Shown: positions 37,906 through 54,400, numbered from the stretch's first letter. The stretch is DNA of 64,000 nucleotides from Ktedonosporobacter sp. (GCA_035293765.1 DATGMF010000079.1:1-64000); one strand, 5' to 3'. Numbers and translations: made by a program. The notes: a model not told the origin generated them from the sequence alone.

Positions 37906-38463
37906 ATGACTTCCATGAGCATGCGACAGCGCGTTGGGCGACAGGAAATCGAGCAATTTCTCATTCAGGTGGGTCGCACACAGCAGCCAGGACGGTTATA
38001 TTTCACAGGGGGAGCTGCGCTGGTTCATAGAGGCATTCGCCTTGGTCAAACGCTTGATATCTATATTCAGATTACCATCGATCCAGCCAATCTCACCACG
38101 CAGATTGCACAGTTGAAGCAGAAGATGAATATTGATATCGAATTTGCATCTCCAGGTGATTTCATCCCTTTGCCAACGCAATGGGAAGCACGATCAGAGT
38201 TCATCAAGCGGTACAATCAGGTTGATGTGTTCTACTTTGACTGGTATAGTATCGCATTATCCAAAATGCAGCGAGCAAATCGTCAGGATGTAGTAGATGT
38301 GCAGCTTTTAATTCGTCAGGGGGTTGTTGATGTAACGGAACTAGATCGGTTGTGTCAGGATGTCCTGAGCAAAATTGGTAGACCTCCTTATGATAGGTTT
38401 CTTCCGAACCTCTCATCGCAACAGTTTGCGCAACCTTATCAGGCTGTTCGCCAACTTCTCTAG
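37906..38463 (+). CDS. putative nucleotidyltransferase-fold protein (AbiEii/MNT-like), uncertain
   Basis: RLYFTGGAALVHRGIRLGQTLDIYIQI resembles the hhKGGtAL...DhD NTase core. Weak, motif-level only. Confidence 0.3.
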   Translation: MTSMSMRQRVGRQEIEQFLIQVGRTQQPGRLYFTGGAALVHRGIRLGQTLDIYIQITIDPANLTTQIAQLKQKMNIDIEFASPGDFIPLPTQWEARSEFIKRYNQVDVFYFDWYSIALSKMQRANRQDVVDVQLLIRQGVVDVTELDRLCQDVLSKIGRPPYDRFLPNLSSQQFAQPYQAVRQLL

Positions 38464-38728
38464 TACATTTCAAACCGCTTGCAATACTCGTGGTGGCATT
38501 CCTTCGGCAGGCTATTTATAGGAGACCGAGGGACTGCCTTCGATAAACTCCAAGCTTTGTGCTCCTTCCCTGGTCGCGACGGCTCACGTCTTGATATTCA
38601 TCGCTGCTTCCCTGCTCAAAAGTCCGAAGGGCTTGCTAACAAAGGCTGGAACATGTACAGTAAGGGTGCCATCTGGCAAATAACTCATCCAACCATAACA
38701 GGAAATGCATGGACTGTGGAGGAGAGGC

Positions 38729-40036
38729 ATGTCGAAAAAATCAAAGCGAGCAAAGAGGCAGGCACAATCATCAAGGCCAGGAATACCATTACCACAACGA
38801 GTATCGATACCTTTGCGGATGTACGAGCGTGTTGAGTATGCCAGACAGCAGATGTTTATGGGCGACTTTGTGGGCTGCATTCGTACCTGCGAGCCGCTCC
38901 TTGCTCCCCTGCCCAAACGGAGCCATGAACGTCTGGAGGTTCTCATGCTGTTGGGACTGGCTCATGGGATGTTGCAACAGTACCAGCAAAGCTATGATAT
39001 TTTCAGTGAGGCGATTGCTCTCGAACCCACCTTTGCAGAGTCATGGTATAACCGTGGTCTGGCCTGTCACTATCTGGCCCGTCCCGGTGAGGCTGTGCAG
39101 AATTTTGAGCGTGCAGTTGAGCTTTCAAAAGACGAGCCGGGTGAAATGGCTCGCAAATTCGCGCTGCAGTTAGAGGAAGGTCGGCGGGAACTGCAAGAGG
39201 CGATGCTGGCGCATGGAACGGACATCACGTTCGAACAATACCTGGAGAGGGAGGAGTGGTTCACTCAGGCACTGCGTCTGGTGAAGCAAGAACAATGGCA
39301 TGAGGCCGAAGGGCTGTTCCGACAACTCACCGAGATGGGGAGCCGCATCCCCTCGTATTGGGGGAACCTGGGAGTTTGCTTGCTGATGCAATTGCGCTAT
39401 GAAGAGGCAGAAGCAGCGCTCAAACAAGCCCTTGCCGTTGATCCTGACTATTCCATTGCACGGGACAACTTGAAGAAGCTGCCGGAGCTCCGGCGCTCAA
39501 AGAGGCCTGTTGGGCATAAGTTGATCAACCCCCATCGAGAGGCGGAGGCGAAACAATCGCTTACGCTGTATGAGAAAGATAGCGAGGGGGAAGTGATCGC
39601 CTCCACCGTGATCGAGAAGGTTGGGCACGCTGTGACAAGCAGTGGGAGACGGCTTGGGAAACAACCCCCACGCTACGATTTTCTGCTGAACCCGTACCCG
39701 GATCTCCGTTTTACCACCTGTCCACGGTGTCAGGGTAAAACGCACCTGCGCAAGTTCTCCCTGGTGGTGCATGTGAACCCCGATCATACAGCCATCCTGG
39801 ACAAACGATGCCGTTTCTGCGACGCCTGTGATCTGCTGATGGTTCATCAGCGTCAACTAGAAGGGCAGCTTACCACCGAGTGTATGGTCAGCAATCCGAA
39901 GGTCATTGGCAATAACTATCAAGTGGTGGGGACGCTCGATAGAGCGAAGTGGGACCAGGGGAAGCAAGCCACAGTATCTTTTGAGCATCTGAGAGAGCAC
40001 CTCCACGATTTTAAAGAGGTTGTCACGTTGCAGTGA
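38729..40036 (+). CDS. TPR-repeat protein with C-terminal CxxC...CxxC zinc-ribbon
   Basis: Multiple TPR-like A..W.N.G......G...EA...F..A..L.P units (AESWYNRGLACHYLARPGEAVQNFERAVEL; SYWGNLGVCLLMQLRYEEAEAALKQALAVDPDY). C-terminal CPRCQGK...CRFCDAC. Start at the MSKKSK Met with RBS ggagga. Confidence 0.6.
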   Translation: MSKKSKRAKRQAQSSRPGIPLPQRVSIPLRMYERVEYARQQMFMGDFVGCIRTCEPLLAPLPKRSHERLEVLMLLGLAHGMLQQYQQSYDIFSEAIALEPTFAESWYNRGLACHYLARPGEAVQNFERAVELSKDEPGEMARKFALQLEEGRRELQEAMLAHGTDITFEQYLEREEWFTQALRLVKQEQWHEAEGLFRQLTEMGSRIPSYWGNLGVCLLMQLRYEEAEAALKQALAVDPDYSIARDNLKKLPELRRSKRPVGHKLINPHREAEAKQSLTLYEKDSEGEVIASTVIEKVGHAVTSSGRRLGKQPPRYDFLLNPYPDLRFTTCPRCQGKTHLRKFSLVVHVNPDHTAILDKRCRFCDACDLLMVHQRQLEGQLTTECMVSNPKVIGNNYQVVGTLDRAKWDQGKQATVSFEHLREHLHDFKEVVTLQ

Positions 40037-40098
40037 GAGTCTGCGGAGAAGTCCTGTCTGGGACAGCTGTAGAAGAATGTATGAGAGAAGGACACAGT

Positions 40099-41004
40099 AT
40101 GCGTTTACCGCCCCAGGAAACCGAACGCTTTTACCGCATCTGGTTTGCGTTATTGCACTACGTTAATAGTCAGTTGCACCTCGTTCCAGCTTTTCCTGCG
40201 ACGTGTGATGAGGAACAGGTCTCCACCGACATTGTGATCCAATTGCGTGATGCGCTCTGGGCCAATGATGCTCTGCGTGAACAGTTCATCGCGGACAATC
40301 CAGCTCAATTGTCGGCTGCCGATCTCGCACTCGTTGCTAGCTGGCAATATCGCGTTGCTGGAACATTTTATATCTTTCGCTCCTTGCAAAAATATACCAT
40401 TTTTCTCTCCGAGACCACCCCGACTCATGCCTACGGCGTTCTGGGCCTGGTGAGCTCGATTGAAGAGACCGTTCCTCTCCCCTTGCCAGTGTACACCAAC
40501 GCCGTCTTGCTCCCCTTTGGGCATGAGATTATCTATGATAGCCTGCTCATCTCTTACAATGTCGTCTTTGGTTCTGGCATCCGTCGTGAGCTCCAGGAGA
40601 CGTACCGCGCGGTCCAGGAGCGGGAAGGGATCATGACCAGTTTATTGCCGGAAGATCACCTGTTGGCAGATCGCAGCAAAGATATCAGTACACGCAATCG
40701 CAAGGTCTTGACGGCCTTTCGACGTGAGCTAGGTAAGGCCGGACTGAGCACGCATATGATCGAAGTTCACGCCCACACCATCGAAGACTTCTCACAGACG
40801 GTCCTGTTGCATGCTGAACCTCCACGAGGGATACTTGATCTCACGCTGGCCGATATCCAATCCTATTTGAACGAGAAGCCAGGGAAGCAGCCGGTGACCA
40901 GCTTCAAACGGTTTGTGCGCTTTCTCATCAATACGGGACGCATAGACTATGAGGTGGGAGAGGAGATATATGATGTCCTCAAGCAGATGAGTAAAGGGAG
41001 CTGA
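40099..41004 (+). CDS. hypothetical protein
   Basis: 302-aa ORF with RBS gagaagga; no motif recognised. Confidence 0.4.
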   Translation: MRLPPQETERFYRIWFALLHYVNSQLHLVPAFPATCDEEQVSTDIVIQLRDALWANDALREQFIADNPAQLSAADLALVASWQYRVAGTFYIFRSLQKYTIFLSETTPTHAYGVLGLVSSIEETVPLPLPVYTNAVLLPFGHEIIYDSLLISYNVVFGSGIRRELQETYRAVQEREGIMTSLLPEDHLLADRSKDISTRNRKVLTAFRRELGKAGLSTHMIEVHAHTIEDFSQTVLLHAEPPRGILDLTLADIQSYLNEKPGKQPVTSFKRFVRFLINTGRIDYEVGEEIYDVLKQMSKGS

Positions 41005-41151
41005 GGCTTGCGAAAAGTCGCAACACGAATTTCCAGAAGGTATAGCATAGCGGGAAGGGAGCAGAAGATGTCCCTTTGCATCTGCTATACTACTGAGTGA
41101 CATCATTGACGATCCAATAGTCCACGGTGGTCATTGTTTAGGAGGAGAAAA

Positions 41152-41520
41152 ATGGCCCGCATTGCTAAAGATGACACACGAGAAAAACGGATTCATAACG
41201 AGATTATTGTCGATGCCTATGGGCCTGAAGAGCAAGCTGCTGCCTGGTATACGGTACTTGATGATACCCTGCACTTCCCCTTTACGGCAAAGTGTATCGC
41301 AGTCCGGGCGATATCACCCCTGGAACTGGGAGAAGAAGTCGAAGTCGTGGGGATGGCTCCCGATGCGGAATGTGAGCATGACATGTTGGTGCTCATTGTC
41401 TGGAAACAGCGTCGGTTTGCTGTTCCCTTGAGCCAGTTAGAGGGGCTTGATCTTGATCCAGAAACTCGACAGGTCATCGAAGATTGGCATTATTGGGTGA
41501 AAAGAGGCTATACCTTGTAA
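41152..41520 (+). CDS. CcbP-like (cyanobacterial Ca2+-binding protein family) small acidic protein
   Basis: REKRIHNEIIVDAYGPEEQAAAWYTVLDDTLHFPFTAKCIAVRAISPLELGEEVEVVGMAPDAECEHDMLV follows the CcbP pattern (IVDAY..EEQA.GWY..L.D.L.FPF.AKC). RBS ggagga. Confidence 0.5.
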   Translation: MARIAKDDTREKRIHNEIIVDAYGPEEQAAAWYTVLDDTLHFPFTAKCIAVRAISPLELGEEVEVVGMAPDAECEHDMLVLIVWKQRRFAVPLSQLEGLDLDPETRQVIEDWHYWVKRGYTL

Positions 41521-42144
41521 ATGACGTATGACCAAATCATGGAGGCATTACAGCAAGAGGCCAGCCCTCAAGCAGTCGAAGGGATGGCCAGATTTGGCAT
41601 CAGAGGGACCCAGGTATTAGGCATTTCGATCCCTGTCCTGCGAAAGATAGCAAAAGCTGTGGGAAAGGATCACCAGCTCGCCTTGCAACTCTGGGACTCT
41701 GGTCTGCATGAGGCAAGGATTCTCGCCTCGATGGTAGCTGAGCCGCAACGCATGAGCGAGCAACAGATAGAGGCGTGGGTGAGTACCTTTGACTCGTGGG
41801 ATATCTGCGATCAGGTGTGTGGGAATCTGTTCGATAAAACGCCTTTTGCGTACCAAAAAGCCTGTGAGTGGTGTCAGCGAGAGCCTGAGTTTGTGCGCCG
41901 AGCGGGCTTTGTGATGATGGCAGAACTGGCCGTTCATGACAAAACCGCACCAGATGAAGCCTTTCTGCCATTTTTTCCCCTCATCAAACAATATGCGACC
42001 GATGAGCGTAATTTTGTGAAAAAAGCCGTCAACTGGGCGCTGCGCCAGATCGGAAAGCGCAATGCTCATCTGCGACAGTATGCATTGCAGTGGGCAGAAG
42101 AGATGAAAGTAGCCGCGCGTCTGCTGGAAGAAGTTGGTCAGTAG
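41521..42144 (+). CDS. DNA alkylation repair protein (AlkD/AlkC HEAT-like-repeat glycosylase family)
   Basis: ARFGIRGTQVLGISIPVLRKIAKAVGKDHQLALQLWDSGLHEARILASMV...WDICDQVC..LFDK matches the DNA_alkylation family. The ATG follows the ccbP-like stop directly. Confidence 0.75.
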   Translation: MTYDQIMEALQQEASPQAVEGMARFGIRGTQVLGISIPVLRKIAKAVGKDHQLALQLWDSGLHEARILASMVAEPQRMSEQQIEAWVSTFDSWDICDQVCGNLFDKTPFAYQKACEWCQREPEFVRRAGFVMMAELAVHDKTAPDEAFLPFFPLIKQYATDERNFVKKAVNWALRQIGKRNAHLRQYALQWAEEMKVAARLLEEVGQ

Positions 42145-42609
42145 CCGCGCCTGTTCCTCGCTATAGTGCTGCGGGATCTTGAGCCGGGTGAGCAGGTCGG
42201 GGGTGATAGGTTCGGGCAGGTGCGATGGTTCTGGTGGCTTTGGGGCCAGAAACTGTTCCCACTGCCTCTGCGACCGGTTCGTCTTCTGCTCCGGAGGAAT
42301 TTCAGGATCGAAGCCGCCGAGAAACTCCACGTCGAAATCGTCGTCGTAGGTATCTTCTTTGCGCTTCTTGATGGAGAGCAGGCTGACGTAGGGGGCTTGA
42401 AAGGTGTAAAAGATGCGATAGTCGCCGCAGCGGATGCGATGCAAACGTGGATCGATATATTTTAGCTGCTTTTTGGTTTTCGCGTCCGGCGTGGGATCTT
42501 CTGTGAGCAGATTGATCTTGTCGAGAATATGCAGCACCTCTTTTGGCGGCAGCGCCAACCATTCAGCGGTAAAACTGGGCTTCATAGAGATGGTCCATTG
42601 CTTGCTCAT
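42145..42609 (-). CDS. RelE/ParE-superfamily toxin-domain protein with C-terminal extension; 3' end undefined (possible pseudogene)
   Basis: LHILDKINLLTEDPTP..KQLKYIDPRLHRIRCGDYRIFYTFQAPYVSLLSIKKRKEDTY is a clear RelE/ParE motif. The ORF has no stop and continues antisense through alkD to 41617, so the distal part is probably artefactual. Confidence 0.4.
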
Positions 42610-42903
42610 ACATCGACCCTTTCCAAACAGACCTTCTGGCACCTATTGTGTCGATCAGGATGATTGGTCAATCCCTCCATAAAATTTTTACATGAAAAGC
42701 GTTTCATTTGCAATATAACATGTTATACTCATTCTCTGTTTTGCGTTGTCTGTATATTTTTTTATTCCAACTGCTATCTATCTACTCCAACGCTTTTCAA
42801 CGTATACCTACTGCTTTTATGCTTATCCTATCTATTTTTACAATTAAATAGTACAAATGTTTTATTAGAACTTATGTATCATATATAACATCAATACTTA
42901 TCT

Positions 42904-42933
42904 ATTGACAAGTAGATCGATAAATACCTACAA
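42904..42933 (+). promoter_or_regulatory. consensus sigma70-like promoter inside a ~300-bp AT-rich spacer, oriented toward the defence operon
   Basis: TTGACA (42904-42909), 18-nt spacer, TACAAT (42928-42933); 135 nt upstream of the GTG start at 43068. The surrounding 42650-42960 is ~25-30% GC in a >60% GC genome. Confidence 0.45.
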
Positions 42934-43067
42934 TATATAAAAACCTCCTTTAATCGTAATTGCCTCTCTCATTCGTTCTACTCGCCAAGAGCGTGGTATT
43001 GTATAACGAAGGTGAAGCAGGTCCTGCTCAGCCTCCATGAGGCTGAGTTTCTAGAAGGTGGAAGTGT

Positions 43068-48265
<5,198 letters not shown>

Positions 48266-48266
<1 letters not shown>

Positions 48267-51235
48267 TGAATTTTACTGTTGGCTCGCTGGTCAAAGCACG
48301 CGGACGCGAGTGGGTCGTCCTGCCGGAATCCGATGATCAGGTGTTGGTCCTGCGCCCGCTGGGAGGGAGCGAGCAGGAAGTGACCGGCATTTATCGCGGC
48401 CTGGAGGAGGTGGAGGCGGCTTCGTTTGCCCTGCCCGATCCGCAGGCGCTGGGCGATTATCGTTCGTGTCGCCTGTTGCGAGACGCGGTCCGCCTGGGCT
48501 TTCGGACCAGCGCCGGTCCTTTCCGCTCGTTCTCCCATATCGGGGTAGAGCCGCGCCCCTACCAGTTTGTGCCGCTGCTGCTGGCCCTCAAGCTCGATCC
48601 GGTGCGCCTGTTGATCGCCGATGACGTGGGCATTGGCAAAACCGTCGAAGCCTGCCTGATTGGTCGCGAACTGCTGGATCGCGGCGAGATCGAGCGCATG
48701 GCAGTGCTCTGTCCGCCGCACCTGGCCGAACAGTGGCAGGTGGAACTGCGCGAGAAATTTCATATCGAGGCGGTGCTGGTGCTGGCGAGTACGGCGACAC
48801 AGCTTCAACGGACCTGCCGCTTTGACGAGTCGATTTTCGAGCGCTATCCCTTTGTGATCGTCTCAACCGATTTCATCAAAGCCGACCGCAGGCGCGACGA
48901 ATTCCTGCGCACCTGCCCCGAATTCGTGATCGTGGACGAGGCGCATACCTGCACGGATGCCGGCGCTGGACGCGGACGCCAGCAGCGCTACGATCTGGTG
49001 GCAAGTCTGGCTGCTCATGCTGAACGGCATCTGGTGCTGGTCACGGCCACGCCCCATAGCGGCAACGAAGCGGCCTTCCGCTCGCTACTCAGCCTGCTCA
49101 AGCCAGAGTTCGCGGCCCTGCCCGAAGATTTGACCGGCCAGCAGCATGAACGCGAGCGGCGCACGCTGGCGGCCCATTTTGTGCAGCGGCGACGCGCTGA
49201 TATCACCGCCTATCTTCACACCAATACTCCCTTCCCTGACCGCAAGGAGAGCGAGCAGCACTACACGCTCACCCCCGCGTACCGGCGGCTCTTTGAGCGC
49301 GTGTTGCACTACGCCCGCGAGACGATTAGCGATCCGGCGGATGGCAACAGGCATCGCCAGCGGGTGCGCTGGTGGTCGGCCCTGGCCTTGCTCCGCTCCC
49401 TGGCCTCCAGTCCGGCGGCGGCGGCTGCCACCCTGCGCAATCGCGCCAGCACGGCTGATACTTCCGACGAAGCTGAGGCCGACCGGATCGGACGCCATAC
49501 GGTGATGGATCTGCTGGACAACGAGTCGAGCGAAGGGGTCGATATTGTGCCGGGCAGCGATTACGAGGAGCAGCAGGCGGGCGAGTCAAGTTTGCGCAAG
49601 CGTTTGCAGGCGATGGCTCGTGAGGCCGAGGCGCTCAAAGGCGCGCAGGATGCCAAACTGTTGCAGGCGGTGAAGATCGTCAACGACCTGCTCAAAGATG
49701 GCTTTCAGCCGATCCTCTTCTGCCGCTTTATTCCCACGGCTGAATATGTGGCGCAGGAGCTGAGTACGCGCCTGCCAAAAGATATCCAGGTCGAGGCGGT
49801 GACGGGCCTGCTGCCGCCGGTGGAGCGCGAAAACCGCATCCTGCAACTGGCGGAGCAGCCCAGGCGCGTGCTTGTTTGCACCGATTGCTTGAGCGAGGGC
49901 ATCAACCTGCAAGAGCATTTTAACGCGGTCATCCACTACGATCTTTCATGGAACCCCACGCGCCATGAACAGCGCGAAGGGCGGGTGGACCGCTATGGTC
50001 AGGCCAGCCCCCAGGTGCGCGTGGTGACGTACTACGGCCACGATAATCCAGTTGATGGCATTGTGCTGGAAGTCCTGATCAAAAAGCATCATACCATTCG
50101 CACCTCGCTGGGTATCTCGGTGCCGGTACCGGTCAATAGCGAGCAGGTGCTGGAAGCGATCTTGGAGGGCGCATTGCTGCGCGGCCATAGTAGCTCGCCT
50201 TCCAGCCTGCAAATGACCCTGCCGGGCCTGGAAGACCCGCGCGAGGAGCAGTTCTGGTTGCAATGGGAGGCCAACGCGGCCCGCGAGAAGCGTTCGCGTA
50301 CCATGTTCGCCCAGGAGAGCATTAAGCCCGACGAGGTTGCGGCGGAACTGGCGGCCATGCGCTCGGCGATGGGGTCCGCTATCGACGTCGAGCACTTTAT
50401 CCGCGATGCGTTGAGCGAATACGGTGCTGCCGTCTCGCCGCTCAACAATGGTGCGCTCCAGGTGGATTACAGCACCATGCGGGGTCCGCAACCAGCACAG
50501 AGCGTACACGAGGCTCGCGGCTTGAAAGAGACCCTTCAGGCGGTACTGCGCCACGATCAGAAGGACAGGCGTTTCAGGGCGCGCTTCGAACTGCCTGTTC
50601 GTGAGGGAGAATTGTATTTGAGCCGCACGCACCCGCTGGTCGAGAGCGTGGCGGCGTACGTGATGGATGCCGCGCTCGATTCGACGACTGGCAGCGAGAG
50701 CATCGCCAAACGCTGCGGTGTGATGCGCACCAGCCAGGTTGAGCGGCGCACCACTCTGCTGCTGCTCCGCCTGCGCTACCATATCGTGACCACGCAGCGC
50801 GGACAGGCTGAACGGACGCTGCTGGCCGAGGATTGCCAGGTGCTGGCCTTCCAGGGTTCACCCATGAGTGCCCGCTGGCTTGACGATAAAACCCTGGTCG
50901 AACGCCTGCTTGAGGCGCGGCCCGATGGCAATATCTATGAAGATCAGGCGCGGCAATTTCTGTGCCAGTTGCTTGCAGAGATCGAGCATGTGCAGCCATA
51001 TCTGACCGAGATAGCCGAGCAGCGAGCGCAGGAACTCGCGACCGCGCATCGCCGTGTGCGCCAGGCCGCCCAGGCGCGCGGCCTGCAATACCGCGTCGAG
51101 CCGCAAATGCCGGTTGACATCCTGGGCATCTATCTCTATTTGCCCAAGATCGCGTCAACCCCACAAGGCAAGAGCGAAGCACCGTCGTATCGACCTGATT
51201 ATGAGCATGAACGACCAAGATCGGCAAGGTCGTAG
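48266..51235 (+). CDS. SNF2-family helicase/ATPase (DrmD-like), translationally coupled to upstream gene (TGATG overlap)
   Basis: SNF2_N: RPYQFVPLLLALKLDPVRLLIADDVGIGKTVEA; DEAH box FVIVDEAHTC. Helicase_C: VLVCTDCLSEGINLQEHFNAVIHYDLSWNPTRHEQREGRVDRYGQ. Confidence 0.85.
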
Positions 51236-51389
51236 GGACCCGATTATATCGCGTCCGATTTATCGCCCGTCCCCGTTGGCGACCGGTCGGCAGCGAGCAG
51301 AAGTCGAAAAAGGAACGGGTTCGACAAGGGGAAAGGAGAGGCGATGGCGAGGGGGAGCGCTGAAGCGGACGCGATATAATCGGGTCGCT
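51236..51389. repeat. intergenic element with 27-bp near-perfect inverted repeats flanking ~108 nt (MITE-like or large RNA stem) between SNF2 and methyltransferase genes
   Basis: cgtagGgacccgattatatcgcgtccg (51232-51258) vs the reverse complement of 51367-51393 (cgtagCgacccgattatatcgcgtccg); 1 mismatch. Confidence 0.6.
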
Positions 51390-51469
51390 ACGAAGGCCCA
51401 AGGTCGCGTCGTTCCCAACCCATTGGCGTTCATCATCTTACATCACAACCTGGAAAAGGAAAAGTAGTC

Positions 51470-54400
51470 ATGGTAGCATACCAGAAGCGACAGCAAACCA
51501 TCTTCTCGACCATCCATAGCGAGGGGGCGATCCTGCCGATGGACCTGCTGCAACGCATCAGCGACCCGCAGAACGCCCAGCTTGAGGGTCTGACCCCCGA
51601 CGCCTATCACCTCGAAACGATCAAGCTGAACGAGGCGATTAACCGCGCGTGGACCAGCCTGCTGGGCGTCTGGCAGCGGTTCCGGCATGAACAGAAGCGG
51701 TTGACGGAGCACGAGAGTGGGACGACGCTGACACGCGAACGCTGGCTGCTGCCATTATTTCAAGAACTGGGCTATGGTCGCCTGCAAACGAAATCCCCCC
51801 TGGTGGTGAGCGAGCGCAGCTACGCGATCTCGCACGGCTGGGAAGGCACGCCGATTCACCTCGTGAGCTACAAGGTGGCGCTGGACCATAGCGTACACTT
51901 TGAGAGTGGCGCGCGGCGTAGCAGCCCTCACAGCCTGCTACAAGAACTACTCAACCGTTCAAAAGAGCATCTGTGGGGCATCGTCTCCAACGGGCTGCGC
52001 TTGCGTCTGCTGCGCAATAATGTGAGCCTGACGCGCCAGGCGTATGTCGAGTTTGATCTGGAGGCGATGTTCAACAACGAGGTCTATGCCGATTTTGTGC
52101 TGCTCTGGCTGCTGTGCCATCAATCGCGGATGGAGGGGGAGCGCCCGGCGGATTGCTGGCTGGAGAAGTGGTCGCAGGAGGCTCATACGACCGGGACGCG
52201 CGTGCTCGAAGATCTGCGCGAGAACGTCGAACACGCCATCAAGGAACTGGGCAGCGGCTTTCTGACCCACCCGGCCAACGGCCAGTTGCGCGAGCAACTG
52301 AGTACGGGGACGCTGAGCGCGATGGATTACTACAAGCAGCTCCTGCGTATCGTGTACCGCCTGCTGGTGCTCTTCGTGGCCGAGGATCGCGGCATCCTCT
52401 TCGACCCAGCCGCGCCCCAGTCCGCCCGCGAGCTGTACACCCGCTATTACTCGACGATGAAGTTGCGCTTCCAGGCTGACCGGCAACTGGGGACGCGCCA
52501 CAGCGACCTGTACTATGGCCTCAAGCTGGTGATGGAGAAGCTGGGCCAGGAGCGCGGCTGCCCGGAGCTGGGTCTGCCCGCGCTCAACGGCTTTCTCTTC
52601 TCGCCCAGAGCGGTCAGCGATCTTCAGGAGTGCCAGCTCGCCAACTATGCCCTGCTGGCGGCGGTGCGTCACCTGGCCTATACCGAACGCGGGCGCACAC
52701 GGCGCATCATCGATTACAAAAACCTGGGCTCCGAAGAACTGGGCAGCGTCTACGAATCGCTGCTGGAGCTGCACCCGGTCTTCCATCTCGATACCGGTAC
52801 ATTCGAGCTTGCCAGCGCCAGCGGCAACGAGCGCAAGACCAGCGGCAGCTACTACACTCCCACCAGCCTGATCACCTGCCTGCTCGACTCGGCCCTCGAT
52901 CCCGTGCTGGACGAAGCGGCGAACAAGCCCAATGCCGAAGCTGCCATTCTCAGCCTCAAAGTCTGCGATCCCGCCTGTGGCAGCGGTCACTTCCTGGTTG
53001 CCGCCGCGCATCGCATCGCCAAACGGCTGGCCGCCGTGCGCACCGGAGACGAGGAGCCAGCGCCGGAAGCGCGCCGCCACGCCCTGCGCGATGTCGTCGG
53101 ACGCTGTATCTACGGCGTGGACATGAACCCGATGGCGGTGGAACTGTGCAAGGTCAGCCTGTGGATGGAGGCTATCGAGCCAGGCAAGCCGTTCTCCTTC
53201 CTCGATGCCCACATCCAATGCGGCAATAGCCTGCTGGGCGCGACTCCGGCCCTGCTCAAAGCGGGCATCCCTGACGCGGCCTTTGAGCCGATAGAGGGCG
53301 ATGATAAGAAGGTCTGTGGGGAATTTAAGAAGCTGAACAGACAGCAGCGCGAGGGCAACGTCAGCCTCTTCCGCGAGGACCGCGGCGAGCCGATCTGGGA
53401 GCAGCAAGGGACGCTGCTGCATTCGATGCTGGAAGTTGAAGCGATGCCCGACGACAACTTCGCGCACATTCACCGCAAAGATGCCTCCTTTGACAAACTG
53501 CGCAAGTCGGAAATCTACCAGAACGCCCTGCTGTGGGCCAACGCCTGGTGCGCCGCCTTCGTCTGGAAGAAGACCGCCGAGATGCGCCCGCCGATCACCG
53601 ACGAAGAGTTCCGCGACATCGGCAAAAATCCCTTCACGCTCCCGGGCTGGCGCAAAGCCGAAATCAAGCGGCTGGCCGCGCAATACCAGTTCTTCCACTG
53701 GCACCTCGCCTTCCCCGACGTCTTCCGCGTCCCTCCCCGAGGTAAGCCGCCCGAGAGCGAGCAGGCAGACTGGTCCGGCGGCTTCGATGTGGTGCTGGGG
53801 AATCCGCCGTGGGAACGCATCAAACTTCAAGAGAAAGAGTGGTTTGCCAGTCGCCAACCGGAGATCGCCAATGCCGCCAACGCCGCCCTGCGCCGCAAAA
53901 AGATCGCGGCCCTGAAGGACGAAAATCCCGCGCTGTTCCAGGCATTTATGGACGACCAGCGCAAAGCCACCGGCGAAAGCCATATCGTGCGCGATAGTGG
54001 CCGCTACCCCCTCTGTGGTCGCGGCGATGTCAATACCTACTCGATTTTCGCTGAGAACATGCGAACAATCATCTCTTCTCAAGGGCGCGTGGGATGTATT
54101 GTGCCTTCAGGAGTGGCAACGGATGATACAACAAAGGTTTTCTTTCAAGATTTGATGCAATCCAGGTCTTTGCTTTCACTATATGATTTTGAGAATCGAG
54201 ATGCTATCTTTTCTGGAGTTCATCGAAGCTATAAATTTTGCCTGTTAACCTTAACTGGTTCGGCTCGCCCTGCCTCTCGTGGAGCAGAATTCTTCTTCTT
54301 CGCTCATGATACTGCCGATTTGCAAGAGAAAGAGCGGCGTTTTGTTCTCTCGGCCCGCGATATTGAGTTGCTGAACCCGAACACGCGCACTTGCCCGATC

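Noticed and set aside
41617-42144. Distal two-thirds of the 341-aa minus-strand ORF
   Set aside because: It lies entirely antisense to the AlkD-like gene, whose family motifs are clear. It is treated as a read-through artefact of a RelE-like relic.
51054-51467. 137-aa ORF spanning the SNF2-MTase intergenic repeat element
   Set aside because: It runs through the inverted-repeat element, and its translation is Arg-rich low complexity. The region is better explained as a non-coding IR element.
51959-54082. 707-aa ORF antisense inside the methyltransferase gene, and similar long antisense ORFs inside the giant helicase (43701-44612, 45135-45848, 45945-46736, 47007-47741) and SNF2 gene (49946-50782, 50574-51401)
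   Set aside because: Long stop-free antisense frames are expected in >60% GC coding DNA. The products are Arg/Ala/Gly-rich with no motifs, whereas the sense genes have complete motif sets.
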